From a candidate division WOR-3 bacterium (lineage in GTDB: Bacteria; Hydrothermota; Tepidihabitantia; SM23-42; JAOAFX01), in NCBI GenBank assembly GCA_037444665.1, contig JBBILZ010000007.1, positions 1 through 59,546 of the forward strand: a stretch of DNA of 59,546 nt, given 5' to 3'. The notes beneath the pieces were generated by a model that worked only from the letters and a program-made list of their open reading frames with translations, was not told where the DNA came from and made no database searches. The position numbers and the translations under genes were made by a program. Every line of letters starts with the position of its first letter. Within the stretch, counting starts at the first letter, position 1. Below, piece by piece: positions 48,130 to 56,065 of this stretch.

Positions 48130-49395
48130 TCACGAAATATTTCGCAGAAACCACTTTAAATCAAAGATTTTTTCTATATCATTTAAATTGAGATATTTCC
48201 TTATCTGATTATCTAATTGCGCAACCTTCTTTAGATTTAACTTTTCGGCAATTGCCTTAAAAGAAAGTTTTTGCACAAGGTCATAAGCAGATTTTCGGCT
48301 CATCCCTTTTTCTATCAATCTATTCATCAGATTCTGGGAGGCATATAAGCCCAGACTATTTTGGATATTATCCATCATTTTTTCGGGAAAGACCCTCAAA
48401 TTTTCTAATACCCAGAGCATCTTTTTTGTAGTATAATGGACAATGTGGAATGCATCAGGTATGATAACACGCTCAACCGATGAATTTGTTAAATCTCTTT
48501 CGTGCCAGAGATTTATGTTTTCAAATGCAGGTATGAGATAGCCCCTCAATACCTTGACTAATCCACATACCCTTTCACAGGTGATAGGATTCTGTTTATG
48601 GGGCATTGCAGAAGACCCTTTTTGACCTCGTGCAAATGGTTCGGCAACTTCTCCAATTTCAGAGCGAGAAAGGTTCCTTATTTCTGTGGTAATTCTTTCC
48701 AGTGCACAACCATAAAATACGAGTTGTGTCAATAAATAGGCGTGTCTGTCACGGGGTATCACCTGGGTTGAAACTGGTTCAGGCTTTAATCCCAATCGTT
48801 TCATTACATTTTTTTCAATTTCTGGTGAAATGATTGTATAACTGCCCACTGCGCCAGAAAGTTTGCCAAAAGAAATTTCATTTCGGGCTTGTTGCAGGCG
48901 TATTTTGCACCTTAAAATTTCCTGATACCAGGAATTAATTTTATAACCAAAGGTAATGGGCTGGGCAAATACTCCATGGGTTCTACCCATTTGTGGTGTA
49001 TTTTTGTATTTTTTAGTAAGTTTTTTTAATATCTGTAATAATTTATCGGTTTCTCTGGATATAATATCAAGTGCCTGGCGTAACATCAATGCCCAGGCAG
49101 TATCAACAAGGTCATAGGAAGTCATTCCAAAGTGGAGCCATCGTGATTGGTTACCAATCTTTTCGCGCACTGCCTCTAAAAATGCGATTACATCGTGATT
49201 GGTTATCTTTTCTATTGCTTCTACGCGTTGTGGGTCAACCTTTATTTTACCCAATCTTTTACTCAACCCAGGTGGGATAATCTTTTTTTCTTCCTGAACA
49301 CGCGCAACTGCCTGTTCCACGATGAGCCAGACTTCCATTTTATGCTCTTCACTGAAAATTTTTCTTATTTCTTCTGTTTCATATCTTTTTATCAT
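48130..49395 (-). CDS. purB: Adenylosuccinate lyase
   Basis: HDVIAF, HFGMTSYD, GRTHG, GSSAMPHKQNP, HERDLTNSSVER. Confidence 0.96.
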   Translation of the reverse strand: MIKRYETEEIRKIFSEEHKMEVWLIVEQAVARVQEEKKIIPPGLSKRLGKIKVDPQRVEAIEKITNHDVIAFLEAVREKIGNQSRWLHFGMTSYDLVDTAWALMLRQALDIISRETDKLLQILKKLTKKYKNTPQMGRTHGVFAQPITFGYKINSWYQEILRCKIRLQQARNEISFGKLSGAVGSYTIISPEIEKNVMKRLGLKPEPVSTQVIPRDRHAYLLTQLVFYGCALERITTEIRNLSRSEIGEVAEPFARGQKGSSAMPHKQNPITCERVCGLVKVLRGYLIPAFENINLWHERDLTNSSVERVIIPDAFHIVHYTTKKMLWVLENLRVFPEKMMDNIQNSLGLYASQNLMNRLIEKGMSRKSAYDLVQKLSFKAIAEKLNLKKVAQLDNQIRKYLNLNDIEKIFDLKWFLRNIS

Positions 49396-49474
49396 ATAAA
49401 CTCGCTATCTATTATAATTATATCCAGAAATTATCTATTTTCAACAAGAAAATTATCTAAAATTAGCAGATGTT

Positions 49475-50668
49475 TTATCGGGTAAGTATGAGTTTCAGGA
49501 TTTTTTCTTCTCCGCGATTTTTTATATGGCAGAAATAGATACCGTTTGGTAGAACAATTCCTTTTTCATCAGTACCGTCCCAGTAAACTGTATATGCACC
49601 AGGAATACTGGATTCCTGGATCAATCTTTTGACAAAGCGTCCTGATTCATCATAGATGCTGATGCTGACTGGATTGTTCTCAGAAACATAATAATTGATT
49701 GCAACACTATGATTAAATGGATTAGGATAGTGATGAAAAACTTTATGCTCTTTTGTTTTGCTAATATCAAACTTCTGGAATATCGGGATCAGTCTAACTG
49801 GCTCATCAGGCTTCAGGCAGACCAGAGTATGATTGGGTATTTCAACCCAGTTTTGAGTAATTGTATCAAGGGGTTGTGATGCAACAATCCAGAACGATGA
49901 AACCATTGAATCAGGATAATAATAGGCGGTTATGGCTTTTGGTTCAGACTTTGTAAAATTGAGCGCCCACAGGGTATTACCAGTTGACATTACAAAATTG
50001 AGTTCTGCATTTTGGAGGTTAAGTGCTGAATCCAATTTAACGACTGCCATTTTCAGACACTCTTCAATGGAGAGGTCTGGATAGGTGTCAAGTATTTCAA
50101 TGATAAGGATTGCCCAGAGGTCAGAATCAAGATAATTGGGTGAATAATCAGGTGGATTCTGTTCAAGATAAAAGGGGTTTATTTGTGAAATCAATTTGAA
50201 TAAAACTTCTTCTTCAATGGTTCCATTATGGGCAAAGAGCATATTAAATTTGCGGTTAATGCATTTTCTTCTGAATGGATGTGGGTCAGGAATACCACTA
50301 ATTGGGCCACTTGAGCCTTTGCGCACATGGCCAATTGCAGAATTTGCTACATTTCTAAGGACTTCATCAATTGTTTCAGTGTAGCGCGGGTCAAGGGGTG
50401 CAGACGGTTCACCACGCCTGATAACCGGGAGCAGGGTGTCGCTCGGTGAGGGAACAAAATAACCAATACCCCAGCCATCAGGATTGTTAACACCCAGGTG
50501 GCGCAATGAGTCAAGGTGTAATTTTATAAGTAAGTTTAATTTCGGATTTATTTCAGAAAAGATAATACCATAAAAACGACATTCATGGTTCTGTTCAGAT
50601 GGAGCATTACATCCAGCGAGGACGAGGATTAACAGAAATAATTTGGTCTGTAGATTGATTTTTATCAT
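49475..50668 (-). CDS. Exported class II glutamine amidotransferase-like (YafJ/EgtC-type Ntn hydrolase) with FlgD/T9SS-type CTD
   Basis: Signal/lipobox LAGC; CRFYG, NPDGWG, GHVRKG, HPF, FAHNG, DSD motifs; C-term YPNPFN..WDGTD..GIYF. Confidence 0.75.
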   Translation of the reverse strand: MIKINLQTKLFLLILVLAGCNAPSEQNHECRFYGIIFSEINPKLNLLIKLHLDSLRHLGVNNPDGWGIGYFVPSPSDTLLPVIRRGEPSAPLDPRYTETIDEVLRNVANSAIGHVRKGSSGPISGIPDPHPFRRKCINRKFNMLFAHNGTIEEEVLFKLISQINPFYLEQNPPDYSPNYLDSDLWAILIIEILDTYPDLSIEECLKMAVVKLDSALNLQNAELNFVMSTGNTLWALNFTKSEPKAITAYYYPDSMVSSFWIVASQPLDTITQNWVEIPNHTLVCLKPDEPVRLIPIFQKFDISKTKEHKVFHHYPNPFNHSVAINYYVSENNPVSISIYDESGRFVKRLIQESSIPGAYTVYWDGTDEKGIVLPNGIYFCHIKNRGEEKILKLILTR

Positions 50669-50674
50669 TGCATT

Positions 50675-50703
50675 ATTATACAAAGATTAAACTTATATGT
50701 CAA
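50675..50703 (-). promoter_or_regulatory. sigma70-type promoter, predicted leaderless transcript
   Basis: TTGACA-17 nt-TATAAT, then 6 nt to ATG 50668. Confidence 0.7.
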
Positions 50704-50713
50704 TAATGGTTGT

Positions 50714-52300
50714 TTAAATCTTAATTACCTTTTTGATTACATAATCCCTATCTGTTTCTACTACAATATAATAGACACCTTTAGGAAGGGGATTGTTAGA
50801 GAAATCAGAACCGTCCCAGACGATTTGGGTTAAATGGTTTGATAGTTGGATGGTTTGATAGTTAAAGATTTTAACAAGTCTGCCCGTGACATCGTAGATT
50901 TGTAGTGTAGGGACTTGTCCCTGTGAATCACGCCCATAAAGGGCTACACTACCCGGGATTTCGGATTTCCCCTCACCCAGACCCTCTCCCCAATGGGGAG
51001 AGGAAAAAGGAGATGGGATAATTTGGGAATTGGGATTTGTTTGGGATTTGGTCCGCCATGCATCGTGGCGGATTGGGATCTGGAATTTAATCGTAAGGAT
51101 TTTATTGAATGGATTTGGTGAAACTTGAATATCAAATGGTGCTTGTGGAGCTGATTGTGCAAACTTTTCTTTAATAGCTAACTGGTCAGGATATGTTTTG
51201 ATGAGATATACATCATACCCACCTGCTCCATAAGAATCAGTGATGCCGGCAATGATATACCCGCCATCTGCAGTCTGTTTGATTGAATAGGCACAATCTG
51301 TGCCTGCACCTCCATAAATCAATGACCAGCGATTATAGCCTGCAGTATCAGTTCTTACAATATACATTTCATAGGCAAAGTTTCCAGCGGCTATATAATT
51401 TTTCTGGTCTATTTCCTGAACCGAATAAGCAAAGTCATCACTTAAACTTCCCTGAAAACTGTTCCATATTAAAGAGCCGTTTTGATTATATCTTAATAGG
51501 CACCATTCATATCCTAAAAGCACAAAATGAACACTACCACAAATAATATAACCACTATCCATTGTTTGTTGCACACATAGCCCGGTTTCATTCTGGTCTG
51601 TGCCGAAAAGTCCTACCCATTCGGTTCCACCCACAGAATCAGCCTTTACTACATAAGCATCACCATTGCCATTTCCAAATGAAAATGTGGTTCCCGCAAA
51701 TATAAAGCCTCCATCATTTGTTGCATCAACACAAAACCCAATGTCATCCAGATTGCCGCCATAGGTCTTTGACCATAATAACTCACCAAGCGTATCAATT
51801 TTTATTGCATAAACATCTATGCCGCCAGCGCCGTATGAAGATGTGGTGCCGGTTATCAGATAATTGTTATCGCGGGTCTCAGTAATTGAATATCCGATTT
51901 CTTGCATAGAATCTCCATAGGTTCTTGCCCAGACTGAATCGCCATTCTCATTTATCTTTATTACAAATATATCACTTAGACCACTGCCCGAGGAATTTGT
52001 TGCGCCGACAACAAGGTAGCAGTTATTCTGAGCAGGGCAAATGGCATAGCCATAATCATCTTCTATACCGCCATAGGTTTTTGCCCATTCTAAGAAACCC
52101 AATGAATCGGTTTTTATAATATATACATCAAATCCACCATTACCACTTGAATTTGTTGACCCTACTGCAATATATCCTTTGTCAATACACTCCAGAACAC
52201 AACGACCATAGTCATCACCAGGACCACCATATACCCTTCCCCATTTTATTTCAGGACTTTGTGTGAGCAAAAAATAAATAACAAGATTGGCAATAACCAT
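50714..52300 (-). CDS. Secreted beta-propeller-repeat protein with T9SS-type CTD carrying in-frame repeat insertions
   Basis: About seven W.KTYGG..DD.G......DGGY...G.T.S.G.G..DVY.IKTD repeats; CTD VSPNPF...IYDVTGRLVK...GVYY interrupted by palindrome-derived sequence. Confidence 0.8.
   Translation of the reverse strand: MVIANLVIYFLLTQSPEIKWGRVYGGPGDDYGRCVLECIDKGYIAVGSTNSSGNGGFDVYIIKTDSLGFLEWAKTYGGIEDDYGYAICPAQNNCYLVVGATNSSGSGLSDIFVIKINENGDSVWARTYGDSMQEIGYSITETRDNNYLITGTTSSYGAGGIDVYAIKIDTLGELLWSKTYGGNLDDIGFCVDATNDGGFIFAGTTFSFGNGNGDAYVVKADSVGGTEWVGLFGTDQNETGLCVQQTMDSGYIICGSVHFVLLGYEWCLLRYNQNGSLIWNSFQGSLSDDFAYSVQEIDQKNYIAAGNFAYEMYIVRTDTAGYNRWSLIYGGAGTDCAYSIKQTADGGYIIAGITDSYGAGGYDVYLIKTYPDQLAIKEKFAQSAPQAPFDIQVSPNPFNKILTIKFQIPIRHDAWRTKSQTNPNSQIIPSPFSSPHWGEGLGEGKSEIPGSVALYGRDSQGQVPTLQIYDVTGRLVKIFNYQTIQLSNHLTQIVWDGSDFSNNPLPKGVYYIVVETDRDYVIKKVIKI
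50902..51087. repeat. Stack of palindromic and tandem repeats inside the CDS
   Basis: GTAGTGTAG..CTACACTAC doublet (50902-50952); CCCCTCACCCAGACCCTCTCCCCAATGGGGAGAGG (50969-51003); 7-mer ATTTGGG-type repeats; TCCGCCA-N7-TGGCGGA (51052-51072). Confidence 0.75.
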
Positions 52301-52410
52301 AATCTCCTATGTCAGTAAATATTACAGATTATTTGATAGTTGTCAATATAAATAGTAATATCGTACTGAATCCTATCACTTTTACTCTTGTTTATATTTC
52401 TAAAAATTTT

Positions 52411-52546
52411 GTAGTTGCCTCATTTATGAGGCATTTTTGTAGATTGGAAAATTTAATCTATGCCCGATAAATCGGGCAACTACAATTGGGTTTGGTTAAA
52501 AAAATCCATTTTCACTAAATTTTGTAGTTGCCTCATTTATGAGGCA
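52411..52546. repeat. GTAG-type REP cluster: inverted doublet (52411-52483) plus solo REP (52524-52546)
   Basis: GTAGTTGCCTCATTTATGAGGCA ... TGCCCGATAAATCGGGCAACTAC; GTAGTTGCCTCATTTATGAGGCA. Confidence 0.85.
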
Positions 52547-52610
52547 CTCTATTTTGGCAAAAGGCAGACGATAAGTCAGAAAAGTGGAGAGGACCCAGAA
52601 AATGATATTC

Positions 52611-52638
52611 TTGACAACCGTTGAATTATGGTTATAAT
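52611..52638 (+). promoter_or_regulatory. sigma70-type promoter
   Basis: TTGACA-16 nt-TATAAT. Confidence 0.7.
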
Positions 52639-52798
52639 ATATGATTATATAGGGGAATAAAACCGAGATATGAATTTAAATTTTTATCTGCCTCATACAA
52701 GATGGGTGAAGGGAGATAATAAAAAAACAAACAGGCAATCTTTTGTAGATTTGTGAAATTATTGGGTGTTTTCAAAATACAATAACAAGGAGAAAAAA

Positions 52799-53656
52799 AT
52801 GGTAAAAAAATTAATATCCACAATGCTTTGTATAATGTTTTTTGTAACATTTGGATGTAAAAAAGATGATAATAATGGTAATGGCAATGGCGGTGGGCAG
52901 ACAATAACCGGCGAAAATATCTTTAATCACACCTGTACTATCCTCTCGCAAATTCCTGCAGAATGGATTGATTCTGTAAAGGCAAACCTCAAGGTTCATT
53001 ATGCCCACACCTCACATGGTGAACAACTAACCATTGGTCTGGAGCGGATTGAGAGTTCAAATAGTACATACAGTGTTGCAATTGATTTCAGCAACTTGCC
53101 CGATGAGCCAGGTGCACTCTGTATCTTTGATGGTCAGGAAAATGAAACCTATATCACCCCTGACCTTTACTGGGAATCCCAGGACGGTATGAATCAAACC
53201 AGGGCAGTCTTGAGCCACAATCCAGAGATAAATGTCTCAATGTGGTGCTGGTGCACACAACTGGATTACTATTCCCAAGCTGAAACCCAGGCATATCTTG
53301 ATTCAATTGCAAAACTTGCCAGTGAGTTTCCCAATGTAACCTTTGTCTTTTTCACTGGTAATGCCCAGGCAATAGATGCTGATGGATATAATCGGCATCT
53401 TAGAAATCAGCAGATCCGACAGTTCTGCATTGACCACCATTTTGCCTGCTTTGATTTTGGTGACCTGGATGCCTGGTATTATGACGGAAGTTCCTGGGAA
53501 CAGGCAACTTACGATTACAATGGCAATACAGTTCCTTGCGAACACGATAATTTCCATGGTGATGAAGGTGGCCATACAACATTTGAAAGTTGTGAGCAAA
53601 AGGGAAGAGCAGTCTGGTGGATGCTTGCGCGTATTGCTGGCTGGCAGGGTCCATAA
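52799..53656 (+). CDS. Hypothetical lipoprotein (possible SGNH-like hydrolase fold)
   Basis: AAGGAG SD; lipobox TFGC; Asn/Gly linker; conserved-looking HTSHG, MWCWC, FDFGD, GH motifs. Confidence 0.65.
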   Translation: MVKKLISTMLCIMFFVTFGCKKDDNNGNGNGGGQTITGENIFNHTCTILSQIPAEWIDSVKANLKVHYAHTSHGEQLTIGLERIESSNSTYSVAIDFSNLPDEPGALCIFDGQENETYITPDLYWESQDGMNQTRAVLSHNPEINVSMWCWCTQLDYYSQAETQAYLDSIAKLASEFPNVTFVFFTGNAQAIDADGYNRHLRNQQIRQFCIDHHFACFDFGDLDAWYYDGSSWEQATYDYNGNTVPCEHDNFHGDEGGHTTFESCEQKGRAVWWMLARIAGWQGP

Positions 53657-53743
53657 ATAAAATTTTTTAATAAAAAATTACTATTAGACACACGCTGAGT
53701 AAACAAATTCGGGTCGAATTTTTACACTTCACAAGCCTCATTC

Positions 53744-53785
53744 CTTGATACTGGATACTTGATTCTCGATTTTTGATACGGGATT
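53744..53785 (+). repeat. Degenerate 7-bp tandem repeat, 6 units
   Basis: CTTGATA CTGGATA CTTGATT CTCGATT TTTGATA CGGGATT. Confidence 0.7.
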
Positions 53786-53974
53786 AAAGTCCCTACTCCA
53801 ATAATTTCCGGGGAATACCGATTTTAATCGCGAAAATCACAGGAAAATTAAAAATTCGTGCATCTAAATCTAAAAAAGGCTAAGAGCAAAATAATGGCTG
53901 AGTAGATAGGCAATATAAAAGAAACAAATGTTTACATAAAATTAACATAAATTAAATTTTTTTCATTTTACCCC

Positions 53975-54002
53975 TTGACAAATTAAAAAATTTCATTATA
54001 AT
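53975..54002 (+). promoter_or_regulatory. sigma70-type promoter, predicted leaderless or near-leaderless transcript
   Basis: TTGACA-16 nt-TATAAT, then 8 nt to ATG 54011; no SD. Confidence 0.75.
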
Positions 54003-54010
54003 ATAGACGT

Positions 54011-54379
54011 ATGATAAAAAAATTTAAAAATTGTCCGGCTTGTGGCGGAGAGATGATTATAAGTGAATTAAGGTGCAAAGGATGTGATTTACGTATAAAA
54101 AAGGATTTTCAACCCTGTGACTTCTGCCAGTTATCTGATGAAGACTATGAATTCTTGAAGATATTTCTCAGGACCGAAGGTAAGATAACAGATATTGAAA
54201 AGGTGCTTGGCGTATCCTATCCAACAATAAAGGCAAGGATAGAACACCTATTAAAAAGTTTAAATCTTACTCCAATTGGCGAAGCAGTTGACCCAATTGA
54301 TGCCATTGCACAGGGTACGATGTCTGTGGATGAGGCAATTGCTATATTAAAGAGTAAAAAAAAAGGAGGTAATAAATAA
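54011..54379 (+). CDS. DUF2089 family protein (Zn-ribbon + HTH)
   Basis: CPACG..C..C, FL..FL...G....EK.LGVSYPT.K.R. Confidence 0.85.
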   Translation: MIKKFKNCPACGGEMIISELRCKGCDLRIKKDFQPCDFCQLSDEDYEFLKIFLRTEGKITDIEKVLGVSYPTIKARIEHLLKSLNLTPIGEAVDPIDAIAQGTMSVDEAIAILKSKKKGGNK

Positions 54380-54552
54380 TGAGAATATTTATAATGCCAG
54401 TCTTTGATGCCATTGTTTTAATTTTGATTGGTGCAGTTATATGGCTCTCTAATCTGGGAGCTTTTCATATCGTCTGGCGCAGAGATTGGCCAATGATAAT
54501 TGTTGTCATTGGCATAGTGCAGTTAATTAAATATTTTTGTAAAAGACATTGA
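54379..54552 (+). CDS. Small two-TM membrane protein (LiaI/LiaF-like, DUF5668-like), 57 aa
   Basis: Hand-translated MRIFIMPVFDAIVLILIGAVIWLSNLGAFHIVWRRDWPMIIVVIGIVQLIKYFCKRH; GGAGG SD; coupled to the upstream stop. Confidence 0.75.
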   Translation: MRIFIMPVFDAIVLILIGAVIWLSNLGAFHIVWRRDWPMIIVVIGIVQLIKYFCKRH

Positions 54553-54563
54553 TAGGAGGATTT

Positions 54564-54959
54564 ATGGCTGAAGAAAGAAAAAAAATTTTAAATATGGTTG
54601 CAGAAGGGAAGATAACACCTGATGAGGCAGAAAAATTATTGGGTGCACTTAAAGAGGGCGATTATAAAGCAAGATTTTTAAAAGTACGTGTGTACGAACA
54701 GAGCAGGGAAAAGCCAAGGGTGAGGGTAGATATACCAATAGGTGCGTTAAAATTTTTTCTCAAACTCGGTGCTAAATTCCAGGGTCTGGCTCCTGAGGGT
54801 TTTAAAATGAATATCAAGGGCAAGGAATTTTCACTGGATGAATTTACACCAGAAATGATTGACGATATTTTGGCTGAGCTCGGTGAAGGCGGCAGGTTCA
54901 GTCTTGTTGAGGTAGATGATACAGAGAAAAATGAGCGTGTGGAGGTGTATATTGAATGA
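54564..54959 (+). CDS. SHOCT-like domain protein
   Basis: EERKKILNMVAEGKITPDEAEKLL; AGGAGG SD. Confidence 0.8.
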   Translation: MAEERKKILNMVAEGKITPDEAEKLLGALKEGDYKARFLKVRVYEQSREKPRVRVDIPIGALKFFLKLGAKFQGLAPEGFKMNIKGKEFSLDEFTPEMIDDILAELGEGGRFSLVEVDDTEKNERVEVYIE

Positions 54960-55734
54960 GAGAATGAGAATATTAAAACTTCTTGAACAGGGAAAAATTA
55001 ATGCTGAAGAAGCAGAAAGACTGCTTGAGGCGGTCTCTGAATCCTCTTCAGGACGACGACGCGGATTTTTTGGCCAGGGCTTTGAGTTTATTTCTGAAGT
55101 AATACCAGGTCTATTTGAGACATCATTCAGAAATTATGGCACTCCTGAGAAATCTGAATTTGCTGGAAAAAACAAGATTGAATTGAAAGGAATAAGCGGC
55201 AATATTACACTCACTGGCACAGAGAACTCTAAAATCGTTCTGGAAAAAGATGGATTTGCAAAGACCTATGATGAAGGCGATATGCTTGGTATAAAATTAC
55301 TCAGCGGTGATATTAAAATAAACTGTCCAAAAAATATTCTAATAAACATCAGGGCTATTTCTGCCGACCTATTTCTGGACAATTTTAGTGGTAATATTGA
55401 AATTCATTCTGTTTCAGGGGATGTCGCTGGCACAAAGATGAGGGGTTCTTTTAATGGTGAGTTTATTTCTGGTAATGTTAACCTTGAATATGAAGATGTG
55501 CAGAATATTTTGATCAAATCACGCAGTGGTGATATAACCTTGAAGATTGATGAAAATATTGAGTCCGAGATTGAAGTTTCAAATGTTCATGGTGATATTC
55601 AATGTACATTACCATTGAAGGATGTGACCAAAAGACACAACTATCTCAAAGGAATTCTTAATAATCCAAAGGCAAGGATTGAAATAATGAATAACCACGG
55701 TGATGTTATTTTAGAAAAAAGATTTAAAAAATAG
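54952..55734 (+). CDS. SHOCT-like + DUF4097 beta-strand-repeat protein
   Basis: ERMRILKLLEQGKINAEEAERLL; repeated SG(D/N)I units; TTG start after GGAGG. Confidence 0.8.
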   Translation: MNERMRILKLLEQGKINAEEAERLLEAVSESSSGRRRGFFGQGFEFISEVIPGLFETSFRNYGTPEKSEFAGKNKIELKGISGNITLTGTENSKIVLEKDGFAKTYDEGDMLGIKLLSGDIKINCPKNILINIRAISADLFLDNFSGNIEIHSVSGDVAGTKMRGSFNGEFISGNVNLEYEDVQNILIKSRSGDITLKIDENIESEIEVSNVHGDIQCTLPLKDVTKRHNYLKGILNNPKARIEIMNNHGDVILEKRFKK

Positions 55735-55738
55735 ATAA

Positions 55739-55918
55739 ATGAGCAGAGGTCGTATGGGGTGTGGACTTTTTTGGGCATTATTATTAATATTTGTCGGTCT
55801 CTGGATCTGGGCTTCAAATTATGGAATCGTAGTTTTTTCTTTTTACCGCAACTGGCCCATAATATTTGTTTTACTTGGTATTTTTATAATTTACCGCATC
55901 TTGAAAAGGCGTCGCTGA
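55739..55918 (+). CDS. Small two-TM membrane protein (LiaI/LiaF-like), 59 aa
   Basis: Hand-translated MSRGRMGCGLFWALLLIFVGLWIWASNYGIVVFSFYRNWPIIFVLLGIFIIYRILKRRR; paralog of 54379-54552 (shared W.SN.G and WP motifs). Confidence 0.72.
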   Translation: MSRGRMGCGLFWALLLIFVGLWIWASNYGIVVFSFYRNWPIIFVLLGIFIIYRILKRRR

Positions 55919-56065
55919 TTATTTTACCATCAATTTAAAAAGAATAAAGATTATAACCAGCATTAATATCAATCCAAAACCGACAAACCGCATTGGTTTA
56001 TAGTGCTTTCTGGGTGGTATGATACGGTGCCTCTTTGAAGTAGAATCCCTTCTAAAATCTATCAT
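55919..56065 (-). CDS. Small basic single-TM protein, 48 aa
   Basis: Hand-translated MIDFRRDSTSKRHRIIPPRKHYKPMRFVGFGLILMLVIIFILFKLMVK; ATGA overlap with the dacB stop; AAGGAG upstream. Confidence 0.55.
   Translation of the reverse strand: MIDFRRDSTSKRHRIIPPRKHYKPMRFVGFGLILMLVIIFILFKLMVK

Noticed and set aside
20..52546. CRISPR array from the recurring palindromic repeats
   Set aside because: Copies are dispersed over tens of kb, not regularly spaced with unique spacers; no cas genes
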